Source: Iphione sp. A-MEVVRFRX5 (taxonomy: Eukaryota). Taken from it: a stretch of 64,000 nt of DNA. A program made the position numbers and the translations under genes. Shown here piece after piece: positions 1 through 15,594 of this stretch (positions are counted from its first letter, which is position 1; every line of letters begins with the position of its first letter). The notes under the pieces were generated by a model. That model searched no databases, was not told the origin of the DNA, and saw only the letters and a program-made list of their open reading frames with translations. The stretch is from contig OZ320316.1 in the NCBI GenBank assembly GCA_976226885.1, forward strand, positions 75,640,001 through 75,704,000, read 5' to 3'.

Positions 1-480
1 ATCAACCGGCGGCAGGACAGAGGGGTATCGATCTCCATACCCTGCAGAGGTTGACTATTGCCAGGCGGGCAACAGAGACCACAGGAAACATCATACACGG
101 AAGCCATGCCTTTTCCCCTGTTTAGCGTCTGTTTGTGGAGTACATATGGCCGCCTTCTCCGGTTCGTTACTGCATGGGTGCCGTCTACACGACAGGCAGT
201 GTCGTTTGAGGACGCAATATCGAGCCGGAATAGATACAGCATTCTAGCTCAAAAGCTCACCCCACGTTGCTGTTTGTCTTATCGTGTTTCAGTTTACGCA
301 TTACGTCTCCCAGTTAAATCTCTGTGGAAGCAGGTTGTACCCCCAATTCAGCTTCCTGCAAGTGCCGCAAGAACGTTTCACTTGCAAGTGTATACATGTA
401 CATGTATTTGGTAAAGTATGATCCATATGAGGGAGCATCAAACCAACAAAGGTATGGACATGTAGCCTAAAGTGTATTAA

Positions 481-587
481 AGTAGCACTAACAGCCTGAC
501 AGAGAATTCTGTGTAGATCTAGTAGCTGTATATTAGTGGCACTAGTAGCCTGACAGCGTATCCTGCGTAGATCGTAGTAGTCGGACG
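481..587. repeat. Degenerate two-copy tandem repeat, about 54-bp unit
   Basis: agtagcactaacagcctgacagagaattctgtgtagatctagtag versus agtggcactagtagcctgacagcgtatcctgcgtagatcgtagtag. Also visible as DL.RI.CQA.SAT twice in ORF 301-600. Confidence 0.7.
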
Positions 588-3500
588 ACGTGCTCTCCAC
601 GAAAGACAGTTGGCGATCAGCTCACACCTACGTATAGAAGCAGGGCTGGCTGATTAAGGACCGCCGGCTGCAGCCCTGTCGGTCTACCGCGGAGACGCCG
701 TCCCTTCCCTCACGGAAACAACGTGGGGACCGTTGCCCATCCGCATTTCTTGTCGTCCATTACATTAATAAAGGCCATGCAATAACGAAATTGTGAAAAG
801 TCGGAGGGGAAGGCAAAAACACTCATGTGGAAGGAAATTACTTTTACATAAAATCCGATGGAAATCCACAAAAATCGAAATATGGTAAACTTTACCATCA
901 CGCTCTGAAATAAATAGCCTCGCTTTCAGCAGTGCGAGTCCCCATTTGTTACATAAATCAATGTTGAATCATTCGGTTGAGTGGAAAATATATTCAAATA
1001 GTGGCTGACATCTTACCGGTCCTCTTAAATCAAACAGCGGAGGTCGTTGGATATGCATCCACTGGCAACACTACGATGTTTTCTTTAAAGAGAAATGTGA
1101 ACTTTCGGTGTCACAAGAATGTCTTGGGCGAGAAAATTGTCTCGGCTGAAGCACATCATTTCTTCTCCAAAAAGTATCACCATTACATTGGCGCTCTCGA
1201 AATCCATAATTGGCAGAGAGAAGGACACTGAGAAGGTAATTGCAATACCAGAAAGACGAACTGGTGGAGTCGCCGGAGGACGCAGTTCTTAAAATCCGTC
1301 TAGGCGAGAAACAATCGGTCTTCGTGCCAGAGAATCGGATCGCTCCTAAATAAGGTCTCCATGGCTCCATCTGAGTAATTCTTTTATTTCCGTGAAGGTT
1401 ATTCAGATTTAATGACAGTTCATGACATTACTGTAGTGTGTTCGTCGCATGGTCACAGAGGCATGCAGCTTAAAGCACCCCTGTATCAATCCCATTCAAA
1501 CCGTGGCATCTGTAACATCTCCCCAATTTTCCCTTGTGAGACCGTTTAACAACCTTTACACGATAGAAGTTTAGCGTCCATCAAACAGACTGCATTCCCC
1601 ATAGAACCACGAGATGGTTCTGTCTCCTCGGAGGTCCCATTTACTGAACGCAGTCCACGAAGGAGCATGGATAAAGATGTTTCAGGACTTCCCTCGATGG
1701 CAAAGCCCGACAAAAACATTGGTGCCGCCTTGGATCTAGACCAGCGCCCAGTCACCGGCGTCCAGGAGGGACTTGGATGAATTCTGCTTGAGGTGGGCGA
1801 ATGACGGATGGTTGGCCATGGGCAGCAGGACGCCAGATTGACAGGCTAATTACTCCTCAGACATCCACCGAGCGAGTGGGAGCAGCTCACTGGACAGTAA
1901 CACTGTCTGTCCACCCAGGGAGCAGGCGGAAGAGAAGGAAAGGCTGTATGAACAGGAGCGAAGAAGCTCAGTGAAAAAATATCTTCCGGCCCTATTGGCA
2001 TGCTGTAGGTCTGATCGAGGTCAGAACTCTAGGTGGAAGATTTTAGGAAACGGGTTGAATTATTGCAGTTCATGGCACAGAATATCTCAGCTCTCGTGCA
2101 TCTTCCGCTTAGTACGGTCCAGGAAAATACTTGACGTACACGTATTACACGTAAAGAGTGTAGTTTATATGCGTGTACAACGTACGTATAAAACACACAG
2201 TTCATGTAGCATTTGAAATCGCGGTTTCCGCCAAGCAATACTCTTAATTCTTCAGATGAATATTTTTTACGGCAATTTACTATGTCAAATCGAAAATTTG
2301 CTTCAAGTAGAAAAACTAAAACAAGGACCCGAGGGATTTCATCTAAACTTATCGGAGAGTGTCATCTCTGATTCTGTCCTAGTCGCAGACGTTCTCGCAG
2401 TATCGCCACGTAATTGCTGACATTTATCGATAGGTCAAGAACATGGGAAGCTTCCGCACTAGTCTGTCGATATTCCAACCCTACTTTAGTTCTTCCATCG
2501 GCAAAGATGATCGACTAGACCATCGTCTTGTCCGACGCTGCTAAAACTACGTAGGGAATTACTAGTCCACGTATACATGAATAATTTGCCGTTCACTGTC
2601 ATCTTTTGTCAGGATACAGTACATGCCTGTTACTTCTTGAGTAATTTAAATCAGCGGAACATTTTTTTCTTTCTAACATGATACTTCTAACAGTACATAA
2701 ATTGGGCGACCATAGAGTTTTCTTATATCATTTACTTCTTCGTGTTTAATTCTTAACTGACTTTCCCACCTCATATTTAACAAATGAAATGTCTTTATCT
2801 CATTTGAGATGCGTAGCATACTACGTTATCACCATGGGCATATTAAGGGAACGACAGAGAAACTACTTAGGAAGACTAATTATTGCTAGTGGCTCTAATC
2901 AATTTGTCTAGAAGTCTGGTAGACTTTTCATTACCTTCAGCCTCAAGACTATGTAATAGGTCGTCATAAATGTAATGAAGTGCAGGACGCTTCGAGATGT
3001 ACACATTCAGTTATATAGAAACTGCGCAGATTTTCCTGGGAATTGTATCCTCACATATCCCCGAATTCCTGTTTACTAGAACGTACACCTGATATGATAT
3101 TCACTGTCATTGGAGATTACTCTTTCCAATGGACATTATCTCTGGGGGAATTTTCATTAGGATGTAATGTATATGGTTAAACAACAGTCATCACAGCTTT
3201 TTTTAGAATTGGTTAAAAAGCATCCTGTATTGCGATGAATCGGACTCAATAACAATAAGAAACCAAACATTTATCTGACAAAGTTTGAGTTTAAACAGTT
3301 TTCTCTAAATTTACCTAATCATATTTTCGCATTACAAGTGGTGGATTATGCCTGGTTTTATCCCGCCGTCCTTTCTACGGAGCAGAGTCATCATTTATGA
3401 TTGATAATTACCAGGGAAAGATAGGGAAGCGTTTTACCGGGGGGAAACTGTGCATCTTCACCCATGGGGAAATTCGATCGTTTATGTCTGGGACTTGTAG

Positions 3501-6500
3501 TAACGTGTTTTCCAGAAACTCCCGACCTGACAGACACACGTTCGAAGCAAACACGTCTAATACAAATCCTAGATGAGCTGCCTTTGTCCCAGACTGCATG
3601 CTCGCCTTCGAACCTAATGGCCGGAGCACCTCACTGATGACCTCGCCCTGCTGGCAGAGCTGCTCGGTAATCAGTACTTTCAAGGCACAGGCAATGCGAT
3701 GTGGCCCCTGTGGCCCTGCCCCTCTTGCTCGAGACTGCCGACGTTGATTAGACAGACCCCGAAAGTGAACGTCCAGTCACCATAAGGTTACTTACATCAA
3801 AGGATCAAAACACGCAGGGTACGTGATCCCCACACAGAGGTCAATTTATGGAAGACAAATATACGCCATCAAGGCTATCCTAGACAACTACACGCATTGC
3901 CTTTATTTCAGGAAGGTGTCATTTGTAGTTACACTATTTTTATTTGGAGATAATGGCGTTTCTACTACCATCAAATTATCGGTTCCTGAAGCATTTACTG
4001 TTTCCTTCTGCTTGCTTCAGACTTCCTTCGCAGCGGTTGTATTCGAAGAAAATGGAACTATTATTTTCTTGCGGAGCCATATATCACCTACCACGTTCTG
4101 TTAGTATGGCTGTCTCTTGCAGCACTCTGCGTGTTACTCTTATCAATGCCCTTTGTCGCAGGAATGACCTTTGATGGTTTGGTGGCAGCGTGTCATACGC
4201 TGTCGGTTATCTTGACTCCCTCACTGTCATCGACTCTCCCCACCCCTTCTCCTAACTGCCTTCTGTGTCAACCCTGGCCTTTCTCTCTGATGGGGCACTA
4301 TGGCTTTAGAACAGGGCCGCATGAGGTGAAATATATACATGTATTGCTGAGGGTCACATATGGTGAGGCTATGTCTGATGCAATGACTTTGGCACACTGG
4401 TGTGAAAGATGTTTAGTAGCTTTGCCAAATTCGCATGCGTTCGGATGGAGAACAAGGTAGAGGAGACTCTCGCCTTGACTCTAACCCCCAGGCCGATCCT
4501 TATACTTGGTCGCAAATAGCTTTAGCCAGCTCTTCGGGGATTTCCACTGCAGCTCCTGCGCCTTCCTCACGCGACGACGTGTCAAAGTAGAAGAGTCTAC
4601 AGCAACATGACGCCATAATGTCGTCAGCGGCTGGTTCATGTACCGGTTTGTGGAAATGCCGGTATTCAGCTTGCAGCGTGCTCGAATTAGAAAACGATCG
4701 GTTTAACTCACGTCATATGCCAGTAACACATTAGGAGGACGATGATTGTGAGTTTTTTGGTATGAATATTGTTATCATGCGAAATTCAGTTGTTGCAAGT
4801 TTCAGGCCGTTGGCCACCTTTTCAATCGGGAGTGTCTGCCCGAGGTTGCGCAATCTATCCGGTTCCTTTATACGAGCGAAAACGCTGTTTTCTCGCAGAC
4901 GCTCGCACGCAATGGTGTGTGGCCAGGAAATCAACGCAACGCACGTGGTTGGCCTGAGCCTAGCGAATAAATGGAGCCGCTGGCTGTGGCCCAGGCGCGT
5001 GTTGTCTTAGCTGGAGACGAGTAGAACTTGGAGCCTGCAACTGCTGTTTGCTTGGGTTTGAGTGCCTCATGCAAACTGTCCGAGCAGCAGGGCCTCTGGG
5101 GCAGGGGCCTGAAAAGTGCGTCCACTCCTCTTGATATCGACCGTTGAAAGCACGGAGCCATCGAGAGTGTAACTGCTGAGTGCCCCACGCCATCAGCCCG
5201 GGCCTGACCAATCTTTGATGCTCTATTTACTGTTGTCCCTTACGTACAAAATGGTCACTGGCTCACATTGATGCACAGTGGTTTTGTGTTGACCGTATAC
5301 GTTGCCGCTCTTTAAATTGCGACCATCTTGCATACAGCCATCTTGACGTGTTGTCTGAAGGATCTCATTGCTCATTCATACATAGCCAGCGTTATGCAAG
5401 TGATCGAACCTCTGGGGGTTCCCTGTCATAAATCACTGATGTGCTGTCCAAACTTGAATTCATGTTATGCAACTTAGGGTGAGCTGTGTTCGTCTCACTG
5501 CGTATAAAGCGGAAAAATTCCCATTTAGCCATATACAATCTGTCCCGTCTGTTTATGTAAGCGAACGTAATGTAAGTGTCATGGATATCGCCAGTATCAA
5601 CACATTCCTGCGGAGAAAATATCGGCCTTGGGAGCCTAAGTGTCAGTGTCCTGCCAACGGCCCCAAACACTTAAAGTGTTGCACTTCGCCACGACATCCA
5701 TAATATGCCAGGCTAAATTGTTGTTGATACAAAAGGTCAGCCAGTGTAGTGAGGAGAGGACAAACACAGTTGCCATCCTACCCCTTTCGTTGATGGTTGC
5801 ACATTTATAAGAAAAACAGACTTTACATGGACATGCCACCGACTGTCGGTGGCAAAAGCTTTCATGCTGACTGCAGTATGGGATGTTTTTCAGGCACTCA
5901 TATCCCACATATGCAATATATTTCTTGCCTCCAATTGTCAAAATGTCCAATGCTTTACTATAATAGGTTTATCCGATTTCAATATGGTCTTCCGCTTGCG
6001 CAGTTTTGAATTTTCCCCGTGTACTGTTGAGTGGTTATTTTTTCGTATCTCTCAATTTACCGACACTTTGGCCATACAATGCCGGTCTTGAGATGAGGGA
6101 AGTTGGGCATAATAAAACATTATTTAGCCTGCATGGCCGCGGAGGATGTCGTTGACCTGTCTGTGAATAGCAAAAGCCCCGAGCCGCCCGCGCTCCGTCG
6201 TTAGCACGTGCGACATCCGCCGTCGCCTTTGGCACACGGATCCGTCTTGAGTGGCCTCCCACAGATCGTCGACGGCCGCCGTTATTTATGTGGCGCGCCG
6301 TCGGCAGCGTGCCTCGCGACGACGCCATGCATTATTCAGGCAGCTACCGTCGCCAGGATGGCCAGCATGGAGAGGGGCGGGCGTGAACGGGCCTCCCGAG
6401 GACGGACCGATGCCGTCCCGCGGGGCCTTGAAGCATCGACGGCCTCACACCTTGTGTCTGGCTGTGCAATAGCACATATATCCTACCCCTGCTCCCTCCT

Positions 6501-9500
6501 CGCGACCTTTGTACCAACTGGAACATCTCACCCCGTTCCTCCCTGACGCTCTGTAGTTTGTCAGCGGGGCGAAATATAGCCCTTCATATCATAGCTGGAA
6601 ACATACCTAGATACCACCTAGAGTTACAAAATGCAATCCGTAACGTTACGGTGTGTGTGACTTACTATTTTCCTCACGGACAGCAATATAGAAATAAAAT
6701 AGAAAATACTAAGGGCATGTGGATTTGGTGATAAGATTCAATTTAGTTGTCTGATAAATACCCAGTCAAAGATACAATATTTATTTCAGCGACTGTGTAT
6801 ATGGTTGGTGGGTCTGTTTGAATGTAACGTCATGACTTTTTACATTATAGATGCACATGTTATGAAATATCAATTTACCGAAAGCTGCCAACTCAGAAAT
6901 ATTTCATGACGTTACATTCGTGCACTCATTAGCATGCTTTGTTCCGTAGCGGAGACCATATCATGGCGGTATTGGCATCAAATGTTTGCATGATCAATGA
7001 TTCGCACACCACTTCATCAACCTGCCGTCAAATAAATTGTAGCCAATATCAATAATTGACATGCGAAGATGTAAAATGATATGGACTGATTCATCTGCAT
7101 AATACCACGGCACAACTGAGATTGTTTTCCTGTGTTTGTTTGGCCATCAGTCTTGACAACTCACTATTCGCGTCATTCATAAGGGGTAAAGGTAAAATTC
7201 AAGGCTGCCAGTACCCATAATAATGAGAATACGACAACTTGAGATTGTATTTATCAAAGGTGAAATCGAGAAATATTCTTTGCAAGACATATCACTTTTA
7301 GACAAGTTGTCATTTACGACAGTTTTGCTTAGTCCTGTCGAAAGATCCCTTGACAAAAAGTAAGGCCTTAAATTGGTTTTAGTAAGGAAGGCAAACAGAC
7401 ACGGCGAACATTATGGTGCCGAGTATGAAAAATGTATCCACTAACAACCAGCCAGCTTTCAATTGAACTTTCATTATCATCGCTTGCTGCCAGAAAGAGG
7501 CGAGGTATTAGTATAACAAACAAGAACCAAAACACTTTACCTCATAGCAAAGTAATTAGGATTGTTATCGATATGAACAAAGATGCCTTATTTAATTGTG
7601 TTTACTCATAGCTATTGAACTGTAGATCCTCGGGCGCAGAATTGGATGAAGTATGGCTCTGGAATAGCATATGGTCGCCCGTTAGGAACCTACCGAAGTA
7701 AAGCTATAAGATGGCTACTGTAAAATGCCCTACAGGCAGGTTATTATCTGCTACCCCTCGAGAAGTTGAATGGAAAACTCCTTGCCCTGATCTAATTTCG
7801 AAGCTAATCCTCCTGCACCGCCTTTGAGGTGGTCGGACGTGGCTTCCTTTGCATCCAGGGACGTCTTCACTTTGATCCTTGCTCCTTCTACCAGCCCCAA
7901 AGAAATTGCCTTCAGGGTATGGGACTATGTCTTTTCTGCTCCTCATGGTTCCTGACAGAACCACACTGTGACAAATTGTCTCTCCACAAGGCGCTTCTAG
8001 TTGTTCTAACCTGTCGCATCCATGCCACTCCCCTGCATCAAAAATTGGTAGTGTCGGTGGCTATTACGTTCAGTCTGTGCATTAGAGTCGGAATGTACGT
8101 AATAATGTCTAGAATTATTGTAATAATTATCTATATGTGCACATTAAATCTCAAATTTATGAAGTTTGTAACTCTTTTTCTGATCCCCCCCTTTATTTGG
8201 CAAATTAGGGTTCCGTGTCTCCTTCTCTAGATAAAAGCATTGTCCATATGTAAACCACGTGTGGACGTTGTCGTTGCCACTACGTTTGACATTCTTACGT
8301 TGCTTAACACTACAAATGTACAGTTTCCGTGTCCTTTCTAGTTGCTGGTCAACGTTTCTTAACGGGTCTATACTGTTTCGAGTGTGACCTCGTTGATGAG
8401 CAAACTGGCTTCAGTACGGTGTCAGGGCCACTTTGCTGTCTCTGATGCTCATACTGTCCATCAATGCTTTCTCAGAGGCTGATGACTGTAGCGGCTGCCT
8501 ATCACTATAGGTCGATGACTCGCCTCCTTTATTGTATACATTTACATGTACCAGTCACATATGTATTTCACCACCATTATAAACCTGCTGCAAACCTTGG
8601 GCTGCCATCACCATGGGAATGCCGTTCACGTGAGTCGAATTGCCCACGGGATGTGGAGGCAGGGACTAGTTGGTGTCATGGCCCATTTTGGGGAGGAATA
8701 CTGGTAATGGCAGGAACTCTGGGTGGTCAGCCGTCCCATTATATCAGTGTGTCTGCCGCGTGTGTCGCACTCAACGCTGCACTGACCCCAGCCGGCAAAG
8801 CTGCGGTCGCATTTTCACTTGCTAAAGTTCCAGTTCCTATTCCCGTCGTCATTAGTAAGCGAACACGTCCGTCTGATAAGAACGTAGATGAGTATCATAG
8901 TACTTCGTGATGTACCGGTACTGTTATCATTTTCTTGTAGGTGATTATAAATAACTCATTTCGAGGGGGATCGAAGCGTTCAGTATTTGGAAGGGCCAAC
9001 ATATCCTCTTGTATATTGTTTTCATTTCCACATTTTGGATATATACATGCATTAAACAATATGACTAGCAAGGAAGCGGATGCGTCTTTCTAACGTTCCA
9101 CGATTAGATAGTATACAATGTAAACTTCATTATGTCAAAAATATTCGTCTGGTGATGACAAAAAGAAAGGCGGTTTTTCCCGAGGTTTTTAAGACAATTT
9201 TTTATTTGGAAAGTGTTCCAGATTCACGACTTGTTTAATACAGGCTAGCAGCACGACAAATGATGACTTGTAACAGACGTTGTCGCTGTGGTGTTTTGGG
9301 CTGAATCTTTGATCTGGAACCTTTCGAGCAAGGTGACTCGGTGATATAGCACGCTTGCCGAGACGTTGCTGAGGAGGCACCCACGTAGTCGCCAACAATC
9401 AATGGCACTGCCAATCGTCAAATGTCGGCTGCAGCATCTTCTTCCCCTTTTGACGATTTGCTATAGATGTCTTTTGATCCTTGAAGGAAATCAACCGCGT

Positions 9501-12500
9501 ATGGATGTACCAGTGCTGGAGAAAACAAATTGCTGGATGAAGTTTTCAGTATTCGGTCGAAAAAAATGAGTGTTCAAGAGAAATTAGAGCTTTGATATCA
9601 GTGTCATTTTGCTCAGGGGTATTGAGTTTCAATTCGTTTTCTTGCATTTAATTACATGCTCCCAAAAAGATGGCACGGAAATTTCATACGAGACTCCAGA
9701 CTTGAGCACTGATCGGCCATTCAGGCGTGTGATTTTTAGCTGACATGACTGTTTATCCCTTATCATTAAATGTAATACTCGAGCGGCGGCGCCATCTTCC
9801 AGCCCGGCTATGACCGGTTAGCAGATATATCCCTGGATGGGTCCCAGTAAAACACCAAACTGGCATGCTCTTTTAACCCTTCAGGAGGCTGGCATCCGAA
9901 TTCACAGCGACGTCTTCATAAATCAAGGTGATCTTATTTGTAGTAACTGCAAGAGCGTGCCCTTACCTCCAATTTGTATTACGACATGCACACGTTGGAC
10001 CGCCCCGTATTTCAGAGGGTAAAACTGGGAACGTTTGGTCTTCGCAGACACCCATAGTCTCATTTTTTATGGAAGCGTCGCCAGTTTTTGTTTTGTGCTG
10101 ACCGAATGATGGGATCACTGATGTCCGCGAGTCGGTCGCACGTGTGGTCGTAGACGCGGTCCAAGGAGGCCCCTGGTGGCACTGAAGGAAAACTAATGCG
10201 CCTAAGTGGCGCCTGCGCGAGCAGCCCTCCGGAACTGCAGGGGAATGGCCAAGTTGTCAGCCTCTAATCACACTTGCCGACCGCCAGGCGCGTTATCAGC
10301 AGATAACTGTTATCTGTGTCGATGGGAACGAGCTCGATGCACGGGACAAACGGAGGAAGTCTTGTGACTGATTCCGTTTTTATCCCTGTCGACCATTACG
10401 GACTTGCTTCCGGGAGAATCTCTTGCTTCGGATGTGTGCCTGATTAGAGAACGCTTTTCTTCCTTCGGGCTTGTAATTGAATGCTGATGCTCAAGGCTCT
10501 GTGAGGAGTGTGACACATTCGTATTAATTTCTTATTTAACTACAGAAGTTGCAGATTTATCGATCGCCCGTCCGAAAAGGAACGCTATCTCCCGCCAACC
10601 CATCAACCGAACATCCAGTGCAAAATTCCTTTGCAGCACGAGCCGGGCAAATACAGTGTATGGAACAACAAAACCTTAACACCAGCGTTGTATCTATAAC
10701 GATCGGCAACATTCGAGACTTATTAAACGCTGAAAAGCCGGATGTGACTTGCATGTTAAGCGAATGGCAAAGCAGTGGTTTGTGCGGCCTTTATATTCAC
10801 AGAGGGTATACCAAATAAGAAAAGGTACCCCGACTAGGGATGCCCATCAGAGGCATACATAGACCTAGCGGTCGGCGGAGTCCGCTCAGATAAGAAGGCA
10901 GTGCCCATGTGATAAATGGGCCAGCTGTCGGTGATGTAAGATCCGTATATACCCAGAGATTCGGATAGAATCTCCTTGGCCTCGGAGTCTATCATGTTGC
11001 AATCGATCGGTGCCGGTCGCACAAACCCGCCGGGCTACGTGTGTAGTGAGGGCGTCGTGGGGTTGGCTCCCCTCTGTGGCAGGAAGGTGATGCATGATGC
11101 CCCAACGCCCCTGCCCCTGCTTCGGGCGCTGCGCCGGGCCCCTGGCGCCCTTCATTGCCGCCACTGACCAGCGTTTGATCCGCTGGAGTGATACCTAGGA
11201 TGAGATGGCACCCGGAGGAATGGCCTCCTCCTCTCTAACCCTGCCTACACACTTCGTCCTATTCAGCCCAGCTTGGTACCCATTTCACGCAACAATACAG
11301 CACCAGCCGTCGCCCTCTCGAACATTTATGCAAGTATGCCCTGCCCGCGACTGATTTCTCCATGGAATCGCTCTTTGGCAGACCTTTACTCCAGTGGTGT
11401 GCCCTTGACCTATTTCCTCAACCGTAGGGTACGCGGTAGACGATGGCTAAAATGGTCACAATACTCTCCTTCCTTCTTTTGTTTTCATGACATTGTATGA
11501 AATATTGATTTTTGTGGCAACTACTACCGCTTCTGTTCTGCCGGTACGTTGATTGAATTTACCTAGATGACGTTGAATATGTACCGAATCGTCTGGCAAA
11601 TAATATCTTTGAATCTAATTAGCTGTATATGTACATGTAGGTTGAAAAACTAAGTTCAGAATATACTGTAGCAGCATTGCTCTGGTCACGTTCAATTCGG
11701 GCGCCGACTCCTTGCCCTGAAGTGTGATCCATGTAGTAAATATAAGTAATTGTTTTCTTTTAGAGAACAATGGGTCCTGATACACTCTTGTGAAACATCA
11801 TTCTATGTTAAAATTCAGTACATCACATGACGTTTGAGTTCAACATAAAAACCGACTGTGATGTGAAATGGAACGTCAGTTCTACTTGAACCTTGTTCTG
11901 GTATACAACTTCCGTTCTTCAAATTCGCTCAACTTTAGTAAGTTTGGATCCAATGCCCAAGTTTAGTGATGGCCAGTGGTACGTCATAATTGTTCACGCG
12001 AACGGGTCAGATGTCGACTATCCAACATAACCACTCAGTCTCTAAGGCTTGTTGCCCTAACGCATTTTCTTTTCTCGAATATGTTCACTTTTCTATGTTC
12101 TTACACGTCTCCAAGAGTGGAAACGTCAGTGCACTGAGAAGGTGCTGTATTTCGAGGTAGAGATGCTTTGATTAGAAAGAATCGGAGGAATTTCCTTTAA
12201 CACTACGACACTGCAGACATAAATGTATTGTAGTAATCTCAAGCCGTGATAAACCATTGAAAGATCTCTCTATTCATAATGATTCGCTCCCCCTGTTTTG
12301 CTTGCAGCTTGCGACCTTTTGTACCTTCGCCATAGTTGTAGGTTCTTAAACAGCAGACCTTTCACCTTTAAATTCCCCGCGACTGTTCCATTAAGACGAA
12401 AGCGAAGTGGTGTCAATCAGGTTCGACAGCAATCGATACGGAGGACCTACGGTATTTTATCCATTGAATTTACTTCAGGGCTGACATATAAGACTACTTC

Positions 12501-15500
12501 CCGTAGTGGCGGTTTTTTGTTCGGCTATTTGTAGCCATGGATGAATGTGATTGATCCCAAGGTGTGCACACAGATGTGCACTGAAGGTTAGTTGAGTACA
12601 CAAGAAATGAACTAGCCTTATCCATCTATAAATGGGACACCAAGACATGTCCTAAGCCCGCGTGATGAGATTTTAGGAAACTTGCCGGCGCCAAATTGCC
12701 TTCAATAGATTCAAATTAAAGCGCTTGTGCGTGACAATTAAACAGTCTCCCTTCACGGTGATGAAAAACCGTTATGGTCAACGCTAGGTCACCTGTGGAA
12801 CGAACATATTGCGTGCTTTGTCTTTGTAAGAAGGAGGACGCACATAGAACGCCTAGCAATTGTAGTCTCTCTGTAGGCGGCACCCTAGTGTTGGCAGCGA
12901 TAAACGTTAAAGTGGCCCCTTTAAAATGGTTCGTTCAAGGGCTGTAGTATTTAAGTGTGCAGCCGTTCTTTGTTCTTGTTCATATGATGTGCACAAAGTC
13001 CGAGTATTACTGTTCAGTTTTCGTGCTGTCATTCGAATGGACCATTAACATTCTTCGCAGTGTAGAAACATTCTACACTTTAGTACTGTCCAGATAACCA
13101 AAACACTGACTAGAATGCCTTATTTGATTCAGTATTTAGACAAATATGCATATTCTTTCGGAAAATAACACTAGTTAGCCATTCTTTACATGTATTTGCA
13201 TGGAACATCAATGGCTTGTACAGTATATCCTCTCTTAATGCCTATCTAAAGTGAAACGCCATACTCCGAATAGACTTGGGGACTTAGCTTTAACTGTCCA
13301 CAAGTGATTCTGTCCACATTGTGATCTGCTGCTATATTAAGTAAAATGTCTTCGTTTTAAATTGGTCATGTCCGCATTATGATCTGTCCTCAGAGTGGCA
13401 TTTCACTGTATATAAATTTATACCGAGAGCTTATTTTGTCTTCTCGAAATTTTGCCTCAGAAGAGTAGATTAATATAGGTTTGTCATATGCATGTTAGGT
13501 GTCACCAGGATTTTAGAGACAATATATAGCACGTACAATTCGCCTATGTTTCTGTGATGTTGTAAATTAGTTTGACGGTAGCATTGTGGCTGTTTTACTG
13601 AATGAAATCCGTATTACATTGGTAACTGACGGGCAGTTGTCAGATTTTCCATAGGTTCAGTCCAGCATTAACATAAAGTGTTCTAATTTTTTTATTCCCA
13701 AATAACATCCAACGGTGCAAGTATGAATAGAGAAAACAAACCTAAAGGGTCCCACCAATATCATCCTAAGGAAATATATTGAGTATTACCAATACAGTAT
13801 GTTACCTGTTTAAATATACGCCATCTTCTACTTGTATATATACGTCTGTTTCACATCTGTTCATTCCTTAACAGCGATTAGGTACCTTGAGCTCAAGAAA
13901 ACATCTTCAGGAGCTGTGTTATATCCATGTAAATATACAGCCTGTATAGACTATTGTACTTCATACCAAATCAATACGTGGTTGGTAGGTTATACTGATT
14001 CACCCACACGGCCTCTGCTGTACAGAATGTTTTTGTTCTAACCGTATTCTATATGTCAGGCCTTGATACTCGGTACCAAATCAGCGCTGTAGTTGATTAC
14101 GTACACTGACGCGCCAGCCCCTCTATGACTGAAATTCATTCTTGGCACATTTCCCAAGAGGCACCGCACGTTCAAAAACAGCTTAGTTCACTATGCAGCT
14201 ACCTTGTGCCGCAGGTGACTCCAGGCTTGGCAGCAGTTCAGTCGACCTCTCCCGAGCGCCCGTGACGACACCTTCCATGAAAAGAGACCCTGTCCTTGTA
14301 CCTGTATTGTGCCTGTTAAAGCCTCTCTTGTTGTCATCGTCACTGTTAGTAGAAACACATCGGCTAGATTATTTGTCACAATACACCAAGTTACAGCTCG
14401 TTCTGAATCGAATAGGCCTTTTACCACATGTACTCACTTACATGAGGTGCTGCGCATAAATTTCGCCAAGCAACCTCGCAACGTAAAATTGGTACAGAAA
14501 ACGCGTTGGTTACTTCTTTATAGAATTCGATACAATAGAGACATTGTAGAAAATTAAAGTGAATATGAGGACATGTAGTTCTCTTTTCTAATGGAATGTT
14601 TCATCAGAATAATTGCGTTCTCCGTTCATTAGTTCAGGTAACAAACAATTAGTGACTACAAAATGGAACTTCAGTATGATGTGGTAGTAGGTTTTAAATT
14701 ATTACTGTTGACCCATATCTGGAAGGCTTGGACACAACTTCATTTTTTCTTTGATTGCTGGAGCCGTTAAAACATTTTTTTCTACAGATTTTTGCTGAAA
14801 ATGTAAAGTAGTCTCTATGCAGGAAACATATAAGAAAAGTAAGGATGGACAGCAGGATTATTAGCAGGGACCTGCGTTGATTTCAATAAGCACGACTAAA
14901 ACACATTTTCGGACATAGAAATATTGTTTTACGGGATTCAATAAACAATGCACCTCTGGTGTTTATATGAAGTGTACAAATTTCATTCGTCATCATATTC
15001 GCTTGTCTCAGATGATTCAAGTAATAAAGTCTGCCTGTTATGTATTATTTCCAGTAGGATACTGAAGTCAGTAATTCGAAAAAGACGACGTTCAGTTTTA
15101 AGCCATCTCAGTTTAAATGGAAAAAACTGAACCAGCAGCTGTGTGGTCTAGGTGCAGCTCCCACTTATTCTAGTCGTGTAACCTAAGTAGGTAGAGTAAC
15201 AAGTGTTTCAGCTAATATCTGCTGTGACTATTATTGCCAGTAATGATATGTTAATTATGTAAGCAATGCAACACACTTTTTGACAAAAGTTTGCTGTGAA
15301 TTCTAGGAGCAGGCCCCAACCACGTAGATTAGCAACTCACGCCGGGGCAACTCAAATAGGTAGACAGCCCAGAATATAAAAAGGGCACGTTTTACAGGTC
15401 CTAATGCTATAGAATATCTATGAATAACTGAAAAGAAAAGCGGACAACCCTGTGAGAAGGGAGTCTGGTCCCTCCGATGGTCGGATAAGAAGGTTCTTGC

Positions 15501-15594
15501 TGTATGTGTTATCTGTCTGGCTAAAGTCTGCTTAGAGTAGTATTATGTCTTGGAAGTCCTTGAATTCAGCCCTTGTTGTAGGTCCCATTATAAG

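Noticed and set aside
1546-5670. Assorted 60-110 aa ORFs in the first 6 kb
   Set aside because: No recognisable domains, no consistent splice-phase chain and no strand consistency.
6133-6546. GC-rich island with MAAEDVVDLS... and a 112-aa ORF
   Set aside because: Early TAG, no domain and no splice context. Treated as a non-coding CpG-rich island.
6638-6651. Perfect 14-bp palindrome CCGTAACGTTACGG
   Set aside because: Several palindromes of this length are expected by chance in 64 kb.
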